From Malacoraja senta (Eukaryota), in assembly GCA_038087875.1 (NCBI GenBank), contig JAXLNO010000132.1, positions 59,242 to 79,241 of the forward strand: a stretch of 20,000 nt of DNA, read 5' to 3'. Below the pieces are notes generated by a model. It was not told the DNA's origin, searched no databases, and saw nothing but the letters and a program-made list of their open reading frames with translations. The position numbers and the translations under genes are program-made. Below are positions 1 to 10,265 of this stretch, piece after piece (positions within the stretch are counted from its first letter, which is position 1; each line of letters opens with the position of its first letter).

Positions 1-84
1 GAGCCCACAGATTTCACCATGGGAAGCTTTCACTGTCCTAATGAATGCCCACCATTATTGGTCAGCTGAGCAAAATCTCGAATG

Positions 85-355
85 ACATTAAAAGAAGCAA
101 GAGTACAGAGGGTACACTGGGTGTGGACCTCAGCATCCATCATTGGGAGTGGCTTGGTCACACGACCACTCACTGAGATGGCTGAACCATGAAGGATGTG
201 TCTGCCAGGCTCTTTCTACAGCAGGTAGAGAATGAGCCAACACAAGGGATTGGCCTACTTGACCTCCTCCTCTCCTGTCCACCTGCAACAGGTGAATCTG
301 TTGACCATGGCTTTGGCAGAAAGCAGTAGACCATTGCACAGTTCTCATTGAGGAT
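85..355 (+). mobile_element. Highly degraded non-LTR retrotransposon fragment (APE endonuclease C-terminal half)
   Basis: Manual translation across frameshifts gives ARVQRVHWV.DLSIHHWEWLG, EPTQGIGLLDLLL and DHCTVLIE. These match the APE motifs (G)DFN.HH, PT....LDL and SDH. Confidence 0.55.
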
Positions 356-574
356 AATATTTTGTCATTATACCAAAGTCATCCCATATTGCTCTGACTG
401 GCACAACAGTTTTTGATGTCATCTTCCCAAAGGAGCTGCAGAGGCTGAGACATTGACTATGTTCAAGGTACAGGATGATTGACTATAAACTCAACAGGAG
501 TCAGGAGACGTGGGGAAAGTGGAAGGAGGTGTTGAGACCAATATTGGATCAGCTGTATGGGCCTGAAAAATTGT

Positions 575-760
575 GCTCCCTGAGACTTTATTCCTTGGAG
601 TGCAGGAGGCTGAGATAGTTGAATTATTGAGGGGAATAGATAGGCTGAATGAACAGAGCCTTTTACCCAGTGTGGGGGTATCAAGAACCAGAGGACACGG
701 GTTTGAGGTGAGATGATAGGTTTAATATGAACACGAAGGGCATCCTTTACATTCAAAGGT
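575..760 (+). mobile_element. Old CR1 LINE fragment (ORF2 3' region)
   Basis: LYSLECRRLR...GIDR...LLP.VG.SRTRGH-like sequence, homologous to the 3' part of the CR1 copy at 8330-8530. Confidence 0.7.
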
Positions 761-769
761 TAAAGGATT

Positions 770-1005
770 CAAACAAGAGGAGTTGAGTATAGAAGCAAAG
801 GGGTCCTTCTGCAGTTGTACAGAGCCCTAGTGAGACCACACCTGGAGTATTGTGTGCAGTTTTGGTCCCCTAATTTGAGGAAGGACATTCTTGCTATTGA
901 GGGAGCCCAGCGTAGGTTCACCAGGTTAATTCCCGGGATGATGGGACTGTCATATGCTGAGAGAATGGAGCGGCTGGGCTTGTATACTCTGGAATTTAGA
1001 AGGAT
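770..1005 (+). mobile_element. CR1 LINE fragment (post-RT ORF2)
   Basis: ORF 815-1024 reads YRALVRPHLEYCVQFWSPNLRKDILAIEGAQRRFTRLIPG, the diagnostic CR1 ORF2 C-terminal motif. Confidence 0.92.
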
Positions 1006-1439
1006 TATACGGAATTACTTTTAAATGTAGAGGGTAAATGGAGAAGTTGTATCTGAAGATAACATCAGCGTAAAAGAGGAATGATCTGTGTTAGGTCATG
1101 TTTACACTTGTGCTTGCACCAGATAAGACGGGGATAATCCCAGTGTTTAGAATGTGAGAGTGATAGACAGTGGGTTGGAGGGGGAGATGAGATGAATTAC
1201 GAAGAGACAGATTCAGGAGCTGGGGGGAAATATCAAAACAGAGGGTGAGCAGCAATAAAAATGAACTTTATTTCTCTGCGGAATTCACACAATATGGGGG
1301 GAAATGATTTGTTAACCCGGATTAAGGAAGGAGCTTGATTAGATTTCTTCTCAGATGCGGACAAGACTAACTGCTGAGCTGATGATGAGGTGCCCTTTCT
1401 GATACCATCCAGATTGTTTGCTTAGAAATCAATTGTTTA

Positions 1440-1905
1440 GGATGTGGGCCTCACTGCTCAGGCTTCCATTTTTAGCCCATGAGGATGTGAACATCCTTAC
1501 GTAGCCAGTGAATGATGCTCCCACTGTACTCTTGATAGGAATGAAGGAACAGCAATGGATTTCCAAGTCATGACTGGAGAGGCACCCACAGCATGTGGTG
1601 ATCCCATGGGTCTGTTGCCATTGTCTTTCTTAGTTGATGGGATCACTGATATGAGAGGTGTTATTGAAGTAGCCTTGGCAATGAACATTGAGACACCTTG
1701 CGGTGGTTGATTGAGACCGAGATCACTGTACACAAGTGGTGGAAACAAAGAAGATTACAGTAGTAGATGGGGACATGCTATGTCCTGGATGATGTTGTGC
1801 TTCTTCAGTATCACTGGAGTAACATTCATCAAGGCATTGCACCCTCCTGAATTGGGCCTTGCCGCTGATGGAGAGGTTTTGTGGTGTCGGGAATTGCTTG
1901 CCCCA
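1440..1905 (-). mobile_element. Ancient degraded LINE 3' portion
   Basis: Minus-strand translation ISGKAQFRRVQ / ALMNVTPVILKKHNIIQDIA resembles the post-RT motif Y.A.VR..MEY...W......LD.IQ..A. The 3' end near 1440-1480 resembles the reverse complement of 2055-2095. Confidence 0.5.
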
Positions 1906-1949
1906 TGATAACAAGAAATGAATCACCTTTCCTTTATCGATACTGCTTC

Positions 1950-2095
1950 TTAATGCTGCAACTCCCTACCTAGTATAACTGTGGGAGTACTTTCACTGGA
2001 AGGAATGGAAAGGTTTAGGAAAGCAATCTACCACTGTCTTGAGTACAATTAACAATGGGGGGAAACCACTAACCTTGACAGTGATGCTCAAATTG
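1950..2095 (+). mobile_element. Ancient degraded LINE 3' terminus (probably the same family as 1440-1905)
   Basis: NSLP...VGV....G..RF.KA-like terminal ORF2 motif, followed by a 3' UTR loosely inverse to 1440-1480. Confidence 0.42.
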
Positions 2096-2396
2096 TCGAG
2101 AATAACTGAATGAGTAAAGAAATGCTTCACAAGTAAAATCAAGTACCCCTGGATTAATGATATTCAAATACTTACAAATACTTTATAATTTTGGTGGTTC
2201 CACAACACTTGTAAAGGGAGCAGTGTCAATAGAACCTCTTCTCAATCTCTCTTAAATCCCCACTACCAGCTTCCTAACAATCTCAAACTTTTCTTTACTT
2301 TTGTCAAAATCCACAGAGTGAAATTGTTCAGTTTAAAATTATCCAAGTTTCTCCTCTCCCTCTAGTGACTAACCTCATGTTCCCATATCTCACCTG

Positions 2397-2615
2397 ACAG
2401 AAACAGAGAAACATAGACAATAGGTGCAGGAGTAGGCTATTTGGCCCTTCGAGCCAGCACCACCATTCACTGTGATCATGGTTGATCATCCACAATCAGT
2501 AGCCTGTTCCTGCCTTCTCCCCATATCCCTTGATTCTGCTCGCCCCTAGAGCTCCATCTAACTCTCTTTTAAATTCGTCCAGTAAAATGGCATCTACTGT
2601 CTTCTGTGACTGAAA
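2397..2615 (-). mobile_element. 5'-truncated CR1 LINE 3' end
   Basis: Degenerate (CATAGAAA)n tail followed by GGTGCAGGAGTAGGC.ATT.GGCCCTTCGAGCC, the same terminus as the other CR1 copies here. Confidence 0.9.
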
Positions 2616-2685
2616 TCCTAACGGGAATCCCAAAATTCCCAGCCGCTCCACACTGCTGCTGTGTCCGTTGCCTGAATCTCACATT

Positions 2686-3373
2686 CATAGAAACATAGAA
2701 CATAGGGGCAGGAGTAGGTCATTCGGCCCTTCGAGCCAGCATTGCCATACAATATGATCATGGCTGATCATCCAGAATCAGTACCCCGTTCCTGCTTTCT
2801 CCCCATACCCCTTGATTCAGTTAGCCTTAAGATCTAAATCTAACTCTCTCTTGAAAACATCCAGTGAATTGGCCTCCACTGCCTTCAGTGGCAGAGAATT
2901 TCACAGATTCACAACTCTCTAGGTGAAAACGTTTTTTCTCATCTTAGTTTTAAATGACCTCCCCTTTATTTTTAGACTGTGGAAAAAAACCCTGCAGAAG
3001 GACCTCTTTACTCCTATACTCAAATCTTCTAATTATGAAGGCCAAAACTGCATGAGCTTTCTTCACTGCCTGGTGTACCTGCATGTTTACTTTCATTGAC
3101 TGGTGTACAAGGACACCCAGGTCTCATTGCGCTTCTCTTTTACCTAATCTGACACCATTGAGATAATAATCTGCCTCCTTGTTCTTGCCACCATAGTGGA
3201 TACTCTCACATTTATCTACATTATACTGCATCTGCCATGCATCTGCCACTCACTGAACCTGTAACATCCTCTTCGTAGTTCATAATGCCACCCAGCTTTG
3301 TGGCATCTGCTAATTTGCTAGTGCTACTTTTAATTCCATCATCTAAATCATGAATATATATTATAAATAGTTG
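2686..3373 (-). mobile_element. 5'-truncated, internally deleted CR1 LINE
   Basis: CATAGAAACATAGAA tail and CR1 3' end, colinear with 4671-5645 apart from a deletion near 2980-2990. Ends in the FADATK region. Confidence 0.9.
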
Positions 3374-3433
3374 ACTACATCACTGATGTAGAGCCCAAGT
3401 GATTGAAGGCAGAATCCTTTCATGCAGACGTCA

Positions 3434-4102
3434 CAAGTCAAGTCAAGTCACATTTGTTTATATAGCACAGTTAAAAAACAACTCTCGTTGGCCAAAGTGC
3501 TTTACATTTGTTATAAGAATAGCATAAACAAAACAAACTACATACATATATACATGTAGCGCTCACTCAGAGGACGTCAGGAAAGGCTTGAGAGTATAGA
3601 TAAGTCTTTAGTCTTGACTTAGAAGAGTCGATGGAGGGGGCAGTTCTGATGGGAAAGGGGATGGTGTTCCACAGTCTAGGGGCTGCAAACGCAAAGGCGA
3701 GGTCGCCCCTGAGTTTATGCCTAGACCGTGGGATATTCAGCAACCCCAAGTCGGCCGATCTGAGGAACCTGGAGGTGGAGTGGTGGGTGAGAAGACTTTT
3801 TATGTAGGTGGGGGCAAGCCCATTGAGGGCTTTGTAGATATGGAGGAGGATCTTGAAGTTTATACGGAACCGCACAGGGAGCCAGTGGAGAGAGGCCAGG
3901 ATCGGGGTGATGTGGTCCCTTTTTCGGGTGCCTGTCAGGAGTCTCGCTGCGGCGTTTTGGACCAGTTGCAGGCGGGACAGGGAAGATTGGCTGATGCCAG
4001 TGTAAAGGGAGTTGCAGTAATCTAGGCGGGAGGAGATGAATGTGTGGATGATCTTTTCCAGGTCATCAAATTGGAGGAATTGTTTTATTTTAGCTATCGT
4101 CC
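3434..4102 (-). mobile_element. 5'-truncated L2 LINE
   Basis: Open ORF 3567-4100 contains FISSRLDYCNSLY, LQLVQNAAARLL, HITPILASLHWLPV and APRLWN, the classical L2 ORF2 C-terminus. The 3' tail is (CTTGA)n, seen as CAAGTCAAGTCAAGT at 3434-3448. Confidence 0.93.
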
Positions 4103-4670
4103 AACATAGACATCCCGAAGAGAGTTGCACTGATCACTAACTCCCACATGCTGTAGTATGGACACATACTGTAGCTTCCCTTGCCATCTCCAGCCGAGTT
4201 TGTTTATATTTTCATAGCCCGTATACAATTCGGAGATTAATGATCAATGATCAAGCAGATTGTATTTAGAAAATCTATCATATTCCTGAGCACTTTCACA
4301 TTTTATAAAACCATTTGTCAGGATTGAACAGAATTATAACAGTTTACGGGTCTATTTGTGCCACTCCGCTAACGTGACCAAGCATTTCTGGGTGTGGATT
4401 GTGCTTGCAGAAAGGGCATGTATTTGCTGGATCAGACACACAAAAATTATGGCCATTCCGCATGCATATTTGTTTACTGAGACACTGGGAGCAATTTATC
4501 CACCAGTTTGCAAAGAGTATTACCTTGGGAAAGCACAGCTCAATGAGAAACTAATAGAGAGACTATAGAGAGGACAGTGTCGAGTTCTGGTGATTCAATA
4601 AGGTTTTGTGATGGTTTGATCTTTTCTTTGCCCTTCACACCTCTGCTGCCTATTGACACGTTGTGAAATT

Positions 4671-7600
4671 TAGAAACATAGAAACATAGAAAATAGGTGC
4701 AGGAGGCCATTCGGCCCTATGAGCATTGTGATCATGGCTGATCGTCCCCAATCAATAACCCGTGCCTGCCTTCTCCCCATATCCCTTGACTCCACCAGCC
4801 CCTAGAGCTCTATCTAACTCTCTCTTAAATCCATCCAGTGATTTGGCCTCCACTGCCCTCTGTGGCACGGAATTCTACAAATTCACAACTCTCTGGGTGA
4901 AAACGTTTTTTCTCACTTCAGTCTTAAATGCCTTCCCCTTTATTCTAAGAATGGCGCCTGGTTCTGGACTTGCCCAACATTGGGAACATTTTTCCTGCAT
5001 CTAGCTTGTCCAGTCCTTTTATAATTTTATATGTTGCTCTAAGATCCCCCTCATCCTTCTAAACTCCAGTGAAAACAAGCCTAGTCTTTTCAATCTTTCC
5101 ACATATGACAGTCCCGCCACCCCAGGGATCAATCTCGTGAACCTACGCTGCACTGCCTCAATCACAAGGATGTCCTTCCTCAAATTAGGAGACCAAAACT
5201 GTACACAATACTCCAGATGTGGTCTCACCAGAGCCCGATACAACTGCAGAAGAATCTCTTTACTCCTATACTGAAATCCTCTTGTTATGAAGGCCAATAT
5301 TCCATTAGATTTCTTCACTGCCTGCAGTATCTCCATGCCAAATTTCAGTGACTGGTGTACAAGGACACCCAGGTCTCACTGCACCTCCCCCTTATCTAAC
5401 CTAACCCCATTGAGATAATAATCTGCCCCCTTGTTTTTGCCGCCAAAGTGGATAACCTCACATTTATTTTAATTACTGCATCTGCCACGCAACTGCCCAC
5501 TCACTCAACCTGTCCAGGTCACCGTGCAACCTCCTAACATCCTCTTCACAGTTCACACTGCCACCCAGCTTTGTGTCATCCGCAAACTTGCTAGTGTTGC
5601 TCCTAATTCCCTCTTCCAAATCATTAATATATATGGTAAACAGTTGCGGCCCCAACACTGAGCCTTGCGGCACTGCACTCGCCACTGCCTGCCATTCTGA
5701 AAAGGACACGTTCACTCCTACTCTTTGCTTCCTGTCTGCCAACCAGTTTTCTATCCATGTCAACAACCTACCCCCAATACCAAGTGCTCTAATTTTAGTC
5801 ACCAGTCTCCAGTGTGGGACCTTATCAAAGGCTTTCTTAAAGTCTAGATACACTACATCCACTGGCACCCCTTCATCCATTTTACTTGTCACATCCTCAA
5901 ACAATTCCAGAAGATTGGTCAAGCATGATTTCCCTTTCATAAATCCATGTTGACTTGGACTAATCCTTTTACTGCTATCCAAATGCCCCATTATTACCAC
6001 TTTAATAATTGACTCCAGCATCTTTCCCACCACCGAAGTCAGGCTAACCGGTCTGTAATTCCCTGTTTTCTCTCTCGCTCCTTTCTTGAAAAGTGGGATA
6101 ACATTAACTATCCTCCAATCCACAGGAACTGTTCCTGAATCTATTGAACATTGGAAAATGATCACCAATGTGTCCACTATTTCTAGAGCCACCTCCCTGA
6201 GGACCCTGGGATACAGACCATCAGGCCCAGGGGATTTATCATCCTTCAGTCCCATTAGCCTACCCAATACTATTTCTCACCTAATGAAAATTTATTTCAG
6301 TTCCTCTACCCACGTAGATCCTTTGTCCTCCAGTACACCTGGGAGATTGTTTGTGTCTTCCTTAGTGAAGACAGATCCGAAGTACCTATTCAACTCTTCT
6401 GCCATTTCCTTGTTGCCCATAATAATTTCACCCGTGTCTGCTTTCAAGGGACCCACATTTGACTTTGCTACTCTTTTTCCCTTAACATATCTAAAGAAGC
6501 TTTTACTGTCCTTCTTTATATTCCTGGCCAGCTTCCCATCGTACTTCATCTTTTCAGCCCATATTGCCCGTTTTGTTTCCTTCTGTTGTCCTATGAAAGT
6601 TTCCCAATCCTCTGGCTTCCAGCTACTCTTTGCTGTGTTATACATCTTTTCTTTTAGTTTTATTCTATCCCTAACTTCTCTTGTCAGCCACGGTTGCCTC
6701 CTACTCCCCTTAGAATCTTTCTTCCTTTTTGGAATGAAATGATCCTGCGTCTTCCGGATTATGCCCAGAAATACCTGCCATTTCTGTTCCACCATCATTC
6801 GTGCTAGGATCCCTTTCCAGTCCACCTTGGCCAACTGCCCTCTCATGCCTTCATAGTCCCCTTTGTTCAACTGCATCACTGCCACTTCCGATTTAACGTT
6901 CTCCTTCTCAAATTGCAGGTTAAAACTAATCATATAATGATCACTACCTCCAAGCGGTTCCTTTACCTCGAGTTCTCTTATCATATCTGGTTCATTGGAC
7001 AACACTAAATCCAGAATTGCCTTTTCTCTGGTCGGCTCCATTACAAGCTGCTCTAAGAATCCATCTCGGAGGCATTCTACAAACTCTCTTTCTTGGGGTC
7101 CTGAACCAACCTGATTTTCCCAGTCTACCTGCATTTGAAATCCCCCATCACCACAGTGGCATTACCTTTGTTACATGCCAGTTTTAACTCCTGCTGCAAC
7201 TTACACCCTACATCCCGGTTACTATTTGGGGGTCTGTAGATAACACCAATTAGTGTCTTCTTGCCTTTACAATTCCTCAACTCAAGCCACAGTGACTCTA
7301 CCTCCTCCGTCCCTATGTCTTCCCTCGCAAGGGACTGAATTCCATCCCTCACCAGCAGAGCTACCCCACCTCCTCCTCTGCCCACCTACCTGTCCTTTCT
7401 ATAGGATGTATAACCCTGAATATTAAGTTCCCAGGCCCGATCCTCCTGCAGCCACGTCTCAGTAATCCCCACAATGTCATATCTACCAACCTCTAACTGA
7501 GCCTCAAGCTCATCTACTTTACTTCTTATACTTTGTGCATTCATATACAATACTTTTAATTCCTTACGCATCTCACCTTTCACATCGATCCCTATTACAC

Positions 7601-7709
7601 TTGGCCATACTCTCCTATCCCATTGTGAGCTTCCTTTCCCGTTAATTCTGGGGTCATTAACCATCCCTTTACTCCCTTTCCCTTCAACTCCATCCTCGAC
7701 TATCCCAAT
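4671..7709 (-). mobile_element. CR1 LINE with near-complete but frameshifted ORF2 (APE endonuclease + reverse transcriptase)
   Basis: APE motifs YMNAQS, GITETW, GGGVALLV, YRPPN, GDF, LDLVL and SDH. RT motifs KSPGPDG, NYRPVSLTS, QHGF, YLDFKKAFDKV, VPQGSVLGP and FADDTK. Split over ORFs 7386-7715, 7125-7385, 6292-7134, 5473-6267 and 5019-5336. (CATAGAAA)n tail at 4671-4692. Confidence 0.97.
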
Positions 7710-8010
7710 GGCCATGAGGGGGGGGGGTCCAAGAGGATGGGGTCAGTTGGAGACGGGAAATGGGATCATCAATGAGGGCGAGGACTCCTTCCCATGGAAG
7801 AATGGTGTGAGGCGGAGGCGACGGTAGAAGAGTTCCAAATCGAGGCGGGCGCGGAACTCATTGAGGTGGGGACGGAGGGGGACAAAGGTGAGGCCTCTGC
7901 TGGGAACAGACCATTCGGTATCTGAGTGGGGGAGGTTAGGGGGGATGGTGAACACACGGCAGGGATGGGGGTTGGGGCCGGAGGAAGGCAGGTGAGTGGA
8001 CTGAGGCAAT
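7710..8010 (-). mobile_element. Penelope-like element, ORF N-terminal region (part 1)
   Basis: Translation CRVFTIPPNLPHSDTEWSVPSRGLTFVPLRPHLNEFRARLDLELFYRRLRLTPFF, then frameshifted SRLQLTPSSWTPP. This matches the PLE pre-RT motif LS.GL.F.P...D...F.RRLRL..FF...S.W.P. Confidence 0.8.
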
Positions 8011-8761
8011 GGTGGCCGATTAGGAAAAGGGGAGATGCAACGAGACCTGGGTGTCATGGTACACCAGTCATTGAAAGTAGGCATGCAGGTGCAGCAGGCA
8101 GTGAAGAAAGCGAATGGTATGTTAGCATTCATAGCAAAAGGATTTGAGTATAGGAGCAGGGAGGTTCTACTGCAGTTGTACAGGGTCTTGGTGAGACCAC
8201 ACCTGGAGTATTGCGTACAGTTTTGGTCTCCAAATCTGAGGAAAGACATTCTTGCCATAGAGGGAGTATAGAGAAGGTTCACCAGACTGATTCCTGGGAT
8301 GGCAGGACTTTCATATGAAGAAAGACTGGATAGACTCGGCTTGTACTCGCTAGAATTTAGAAGATTGAGGGGGGATCTTATAGAAACTTACAAAATCCTT
8401 AAGGGGTTGGACAGGCTAGATGCAGGAAGATTGTTCCCGATGTTGGGGAAGTCCAGAACAAGGGGTCACAGTTTAAGGATAAGGGGGAAATCTTTTAGGA
8501 CCGAGGTGAGAAAAACATTTTTCACACAGAGAGTGGTGAATCTGTGGAATTCTCTGCCACAGAAGGTAGTTGAGGTCAGTTCATTGGCTTTATTTAAGAG
8601 GGAGTTAGATGTGGCCCTTGTGGATAAAGGTATCAGGGGGTATGGAGAGAAGGCAGGCACAGGATACTGAGTTGGATGATCAGCCATGATCATAGTGAAT
8701 GGCGGTGCAGGCTCGAAGGGCCGAATGGCCTACTCCTGCACCTATTTTCTATGTTTCTATG
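8008..8761 (+). mobile_element. Young 5'-truncated CR1 LINE inserted in the Penelope-like element
   Basis: ORFs 8035-8271 and 8299-8670 are in one frame separated by a single stop (QRDLGVMVHQSLKV...RPHLEYCVQFWSP...RTRGHSLRI...WNSLP). The tail TTTTCTATGTTTCTATG ends at 8761. Confidence 0.96.
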
Positions 8762-9075
8762 ATATCTGGTGAGGGGGTGGTGGGTGCTCAGGGGGTAGGG
8801 GGGTATGTGGACTGTAGTGCGGGTGGGGAAGAGCTGGGGTCACATGGTTTGAGGGGGATGGGGAAGACCCAGTGGAACAGCCACTGAGGTTACCAGGGTC
8901 AGGGGGACTAGTACTAGGATCCAGCGCAGTCAAACCCAGGGGAGTTGGAGTCTGCAGCGTGGAGGCTTCAGGCCCGGTGCTGAGTCCAGGCTGCAACTGA
9001 GGTGATGGCTGCGGGCTGCGGGCTGCTGGAGGGTGGTGGAGTGGCGAGGGTCAGCGGGCAAAGAGTAGGAGGTCC
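8762..9075 (-). mobile_element. Penelope-like element, Pro/Ser-rich upstream ORF region (part 2)
   Basis: Pro/Ser-rich ORF 8757-8996 is in the same frame as the PLE motif at 7743-8010. Removing the CR1 joins them as PHQILPQSTHLP. The upstream boundary is approximate. Confidence 0.6.
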
Positions 9076-9224
9076 ACTCCACAATGAATATAAACCTCAC
9101 CTGCATTTTAATTCACCCCCCCCCCCCCACCACCACCACCAAAGCCCCCGGAATCGCAAGCACAACGCCACCGAGGGTAGGGTTTATAACAACGCCACTG
9201 TCAAACGTTTTATACACCTTTGTG

Positions 9225-9299
9225 GAGCGGGCCGAGGCCCCCCTAGATCTCGAGGCCCTAAGCTTAAGCTTGTCTGGCTCATACGTAAATCCGGCCCTG
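9225..9299. mobile_element. Putative single terminus of a non-autonomous hAT (Tip100-like) DNA transposon
   Basis: Ends in TAAATCCGGCCCTG (9286-9299), the reverse complement of a CAGGGCCGGATTTA-type TIR, with subterminal GAGGCCC repeats. It directly abuts a truncated SINE. No partner TIR was seen. Confidence 0.5.
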
Positions 9300-9454
9300 G
9301 TGGGAGGAAACCGGACCACCCGGAGAAAACCCACGCAGGTCAAGGGGGAGAGAGAACGTGCAAACTCCGTACAGACAGCGCCCGTGGTCGGGATGGAACC
9401 GGGGTCTCTGGTGCCGTGAGGCGGCAACTCTACCGCTGCGCCATCGTGACGACC
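9300..9454 (-). mobile_element. tRNA-derived SINE (HE1/V-SINE-like), 3'-truncated
   Basis: Minus strand has A box TGGCGCAGCGG, B box GGTTCCATCCC and the V-domain-like GGAGTTTGCACGTTCTC...TGCGTGGGTTTTCTCCGGG...TCCGGTTTCCTCCCAC. Confidence 0.9.
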
Positions 9455-9477
9455 AGAGAGGGAGGGAGAAGTGAATA

Positions 9478-9930
9478 CTTCTCTCTCCCTCTCTCCCTCA
9501 TCCCTCTCTCCATCTCTTCTCTCTCTCTCTTCCTCTCTCTCTCTCTTCTCTCTCTCCCTCATCCCTCTCACCCTCTCTTCCCTCTCCCCCTTCAAAACTT
9601 TCTCAAAACTCTACCAAACTTTCTCTCACACGCATTCCCTCCCTCTCTCCCTCATCCCGCTCTCTCTCTCTCTCTCCCCCTCTCTCCCTCTCCCTCATCC
9701 CTCTCTCCCTCATCCCTCCCTCTCTACCCTCTTTCCCTTCAAAACTTTATCAAATCTTTCTCAAAACTTTCTCAAAACTCTCCCAAACTTTCTCTGTCAT
9801 TCCCTCCCTCTCTCCCTTAAAAACGTTCTCAAAACTCTCCCAAACTTTCTCTCACACTCATTCCCTCCCTTCCTCCCTCCCTCTCTCCCTCAACCCTCCC
9901 CTCCCTCCTTTTTCCTCTCCATCCCACCCT
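9478..9930. repeat. CT-rich low-complexity tract with three copies of a ~60-bp unit
   Basis: (CT)n/(CCCT)n with a TCTCAAAACTCT.CCAAACTTTCTCT core at ~9601, ~9770 and ~9827. Confidence 0.85.
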
Positions 9931-9932
9931 CA

Positions 9933-10097
9933 ATGCACCAAAAAACAAACAAAAACACCCCGGAACCAACATTCGCCGTTTCGCCCTCCACCCGGACGCT
10001 TGAGACCCGCCGTCCCGCTTTGCCAGCGCCGGTGCGCCGCCCAAAACCGCCCCCCATCCCGCAGGAAGCGTCTGGAGAATGCAGCTGTGAAGAGCAG
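9933..10097 (+). CDS. Candidate exon 1 of the C2H2 ZNF gene (may be partly 5' UTR)
   Basis: ATG 9933 is open for 55 codons (MHQKTNKNTPEP...GECSCEEQ) to a phase-0 donor, compatible with the phase-0 acceptor at 17833/17834. Confidence 0.4.
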
Positions 10098-10260
10098 GTA
10101 AAGATAATAGCGCCACCATGCAGCGGGGGAGGCAGCAATGCAGCCAGTGATGCATGCATTACCTTTAATACAGCAAGGTGAGCATGCACAGGCGCTGGCA
10201 GGCGGTTCCCCCACACTTTATAACTCACATAACTCTGCATACCGCCAACTTGCAACCATG
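9955..10260 (+). promoter_or_regulatory. CpG-rich putative promoter/first-exon region of the ZNF gene
   Basis: Dense CpGs in non-repeat sequence, GC boxes (CCGCCC ~10036 and ~10047), ETS-like CCGGAA/CAGGAAG, and strong donors CAG|GTAAAG (10097/10098) and AAG|GTGAGC (10177/10178). Confidence 0.6.
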
Positions 10261-10265
10261 GCTGA

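Noticed and set aside
1379..1402. CTGATGA/TGATGA...CTGA resembling a hammerhead core or C/D snoRNA boxes
   Set aside because: There is no stem II-GAAA, and the box spacing is too short for a snoRNA.
3375..3391. Palindrome CTACATCA-C-TGATGTAG at a CR1 truncation point
   Set aside because: An 8-bp arm is plausible by chance or by junction repair in 20 kb, and nothing else supports it.
5573..6742. Plus-strand ORFs of 126 and 218 aa
   Set aside because: Antisense shadows of CR1 ORF2.
9243..9287. Polylinker-like cluster of restriction palindromes (AGATCT, CTCGAG, AAGCTT x2, CTTAAG, TACGTA)
   Set aside because: No other vector sequence is present. It sits next to a TIR-like end and is better explained as the subterminal palindromes of a DNA transposon.
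9380..9454. tRNA-like A and B boxes (also ~17400-17472)
   Set aside because: These are SINE heads followed by the SINE body, with no complete cloverleaf.
10112..10150. Perfect Kozak GCCACCATG at 10112-10120, overlapping a partial CTCF-like motif
   Set aside because: The frame stops after 10 codons (TGA 10148) and cannot reach the 10177 donor. The CTCF match misses key core positions.
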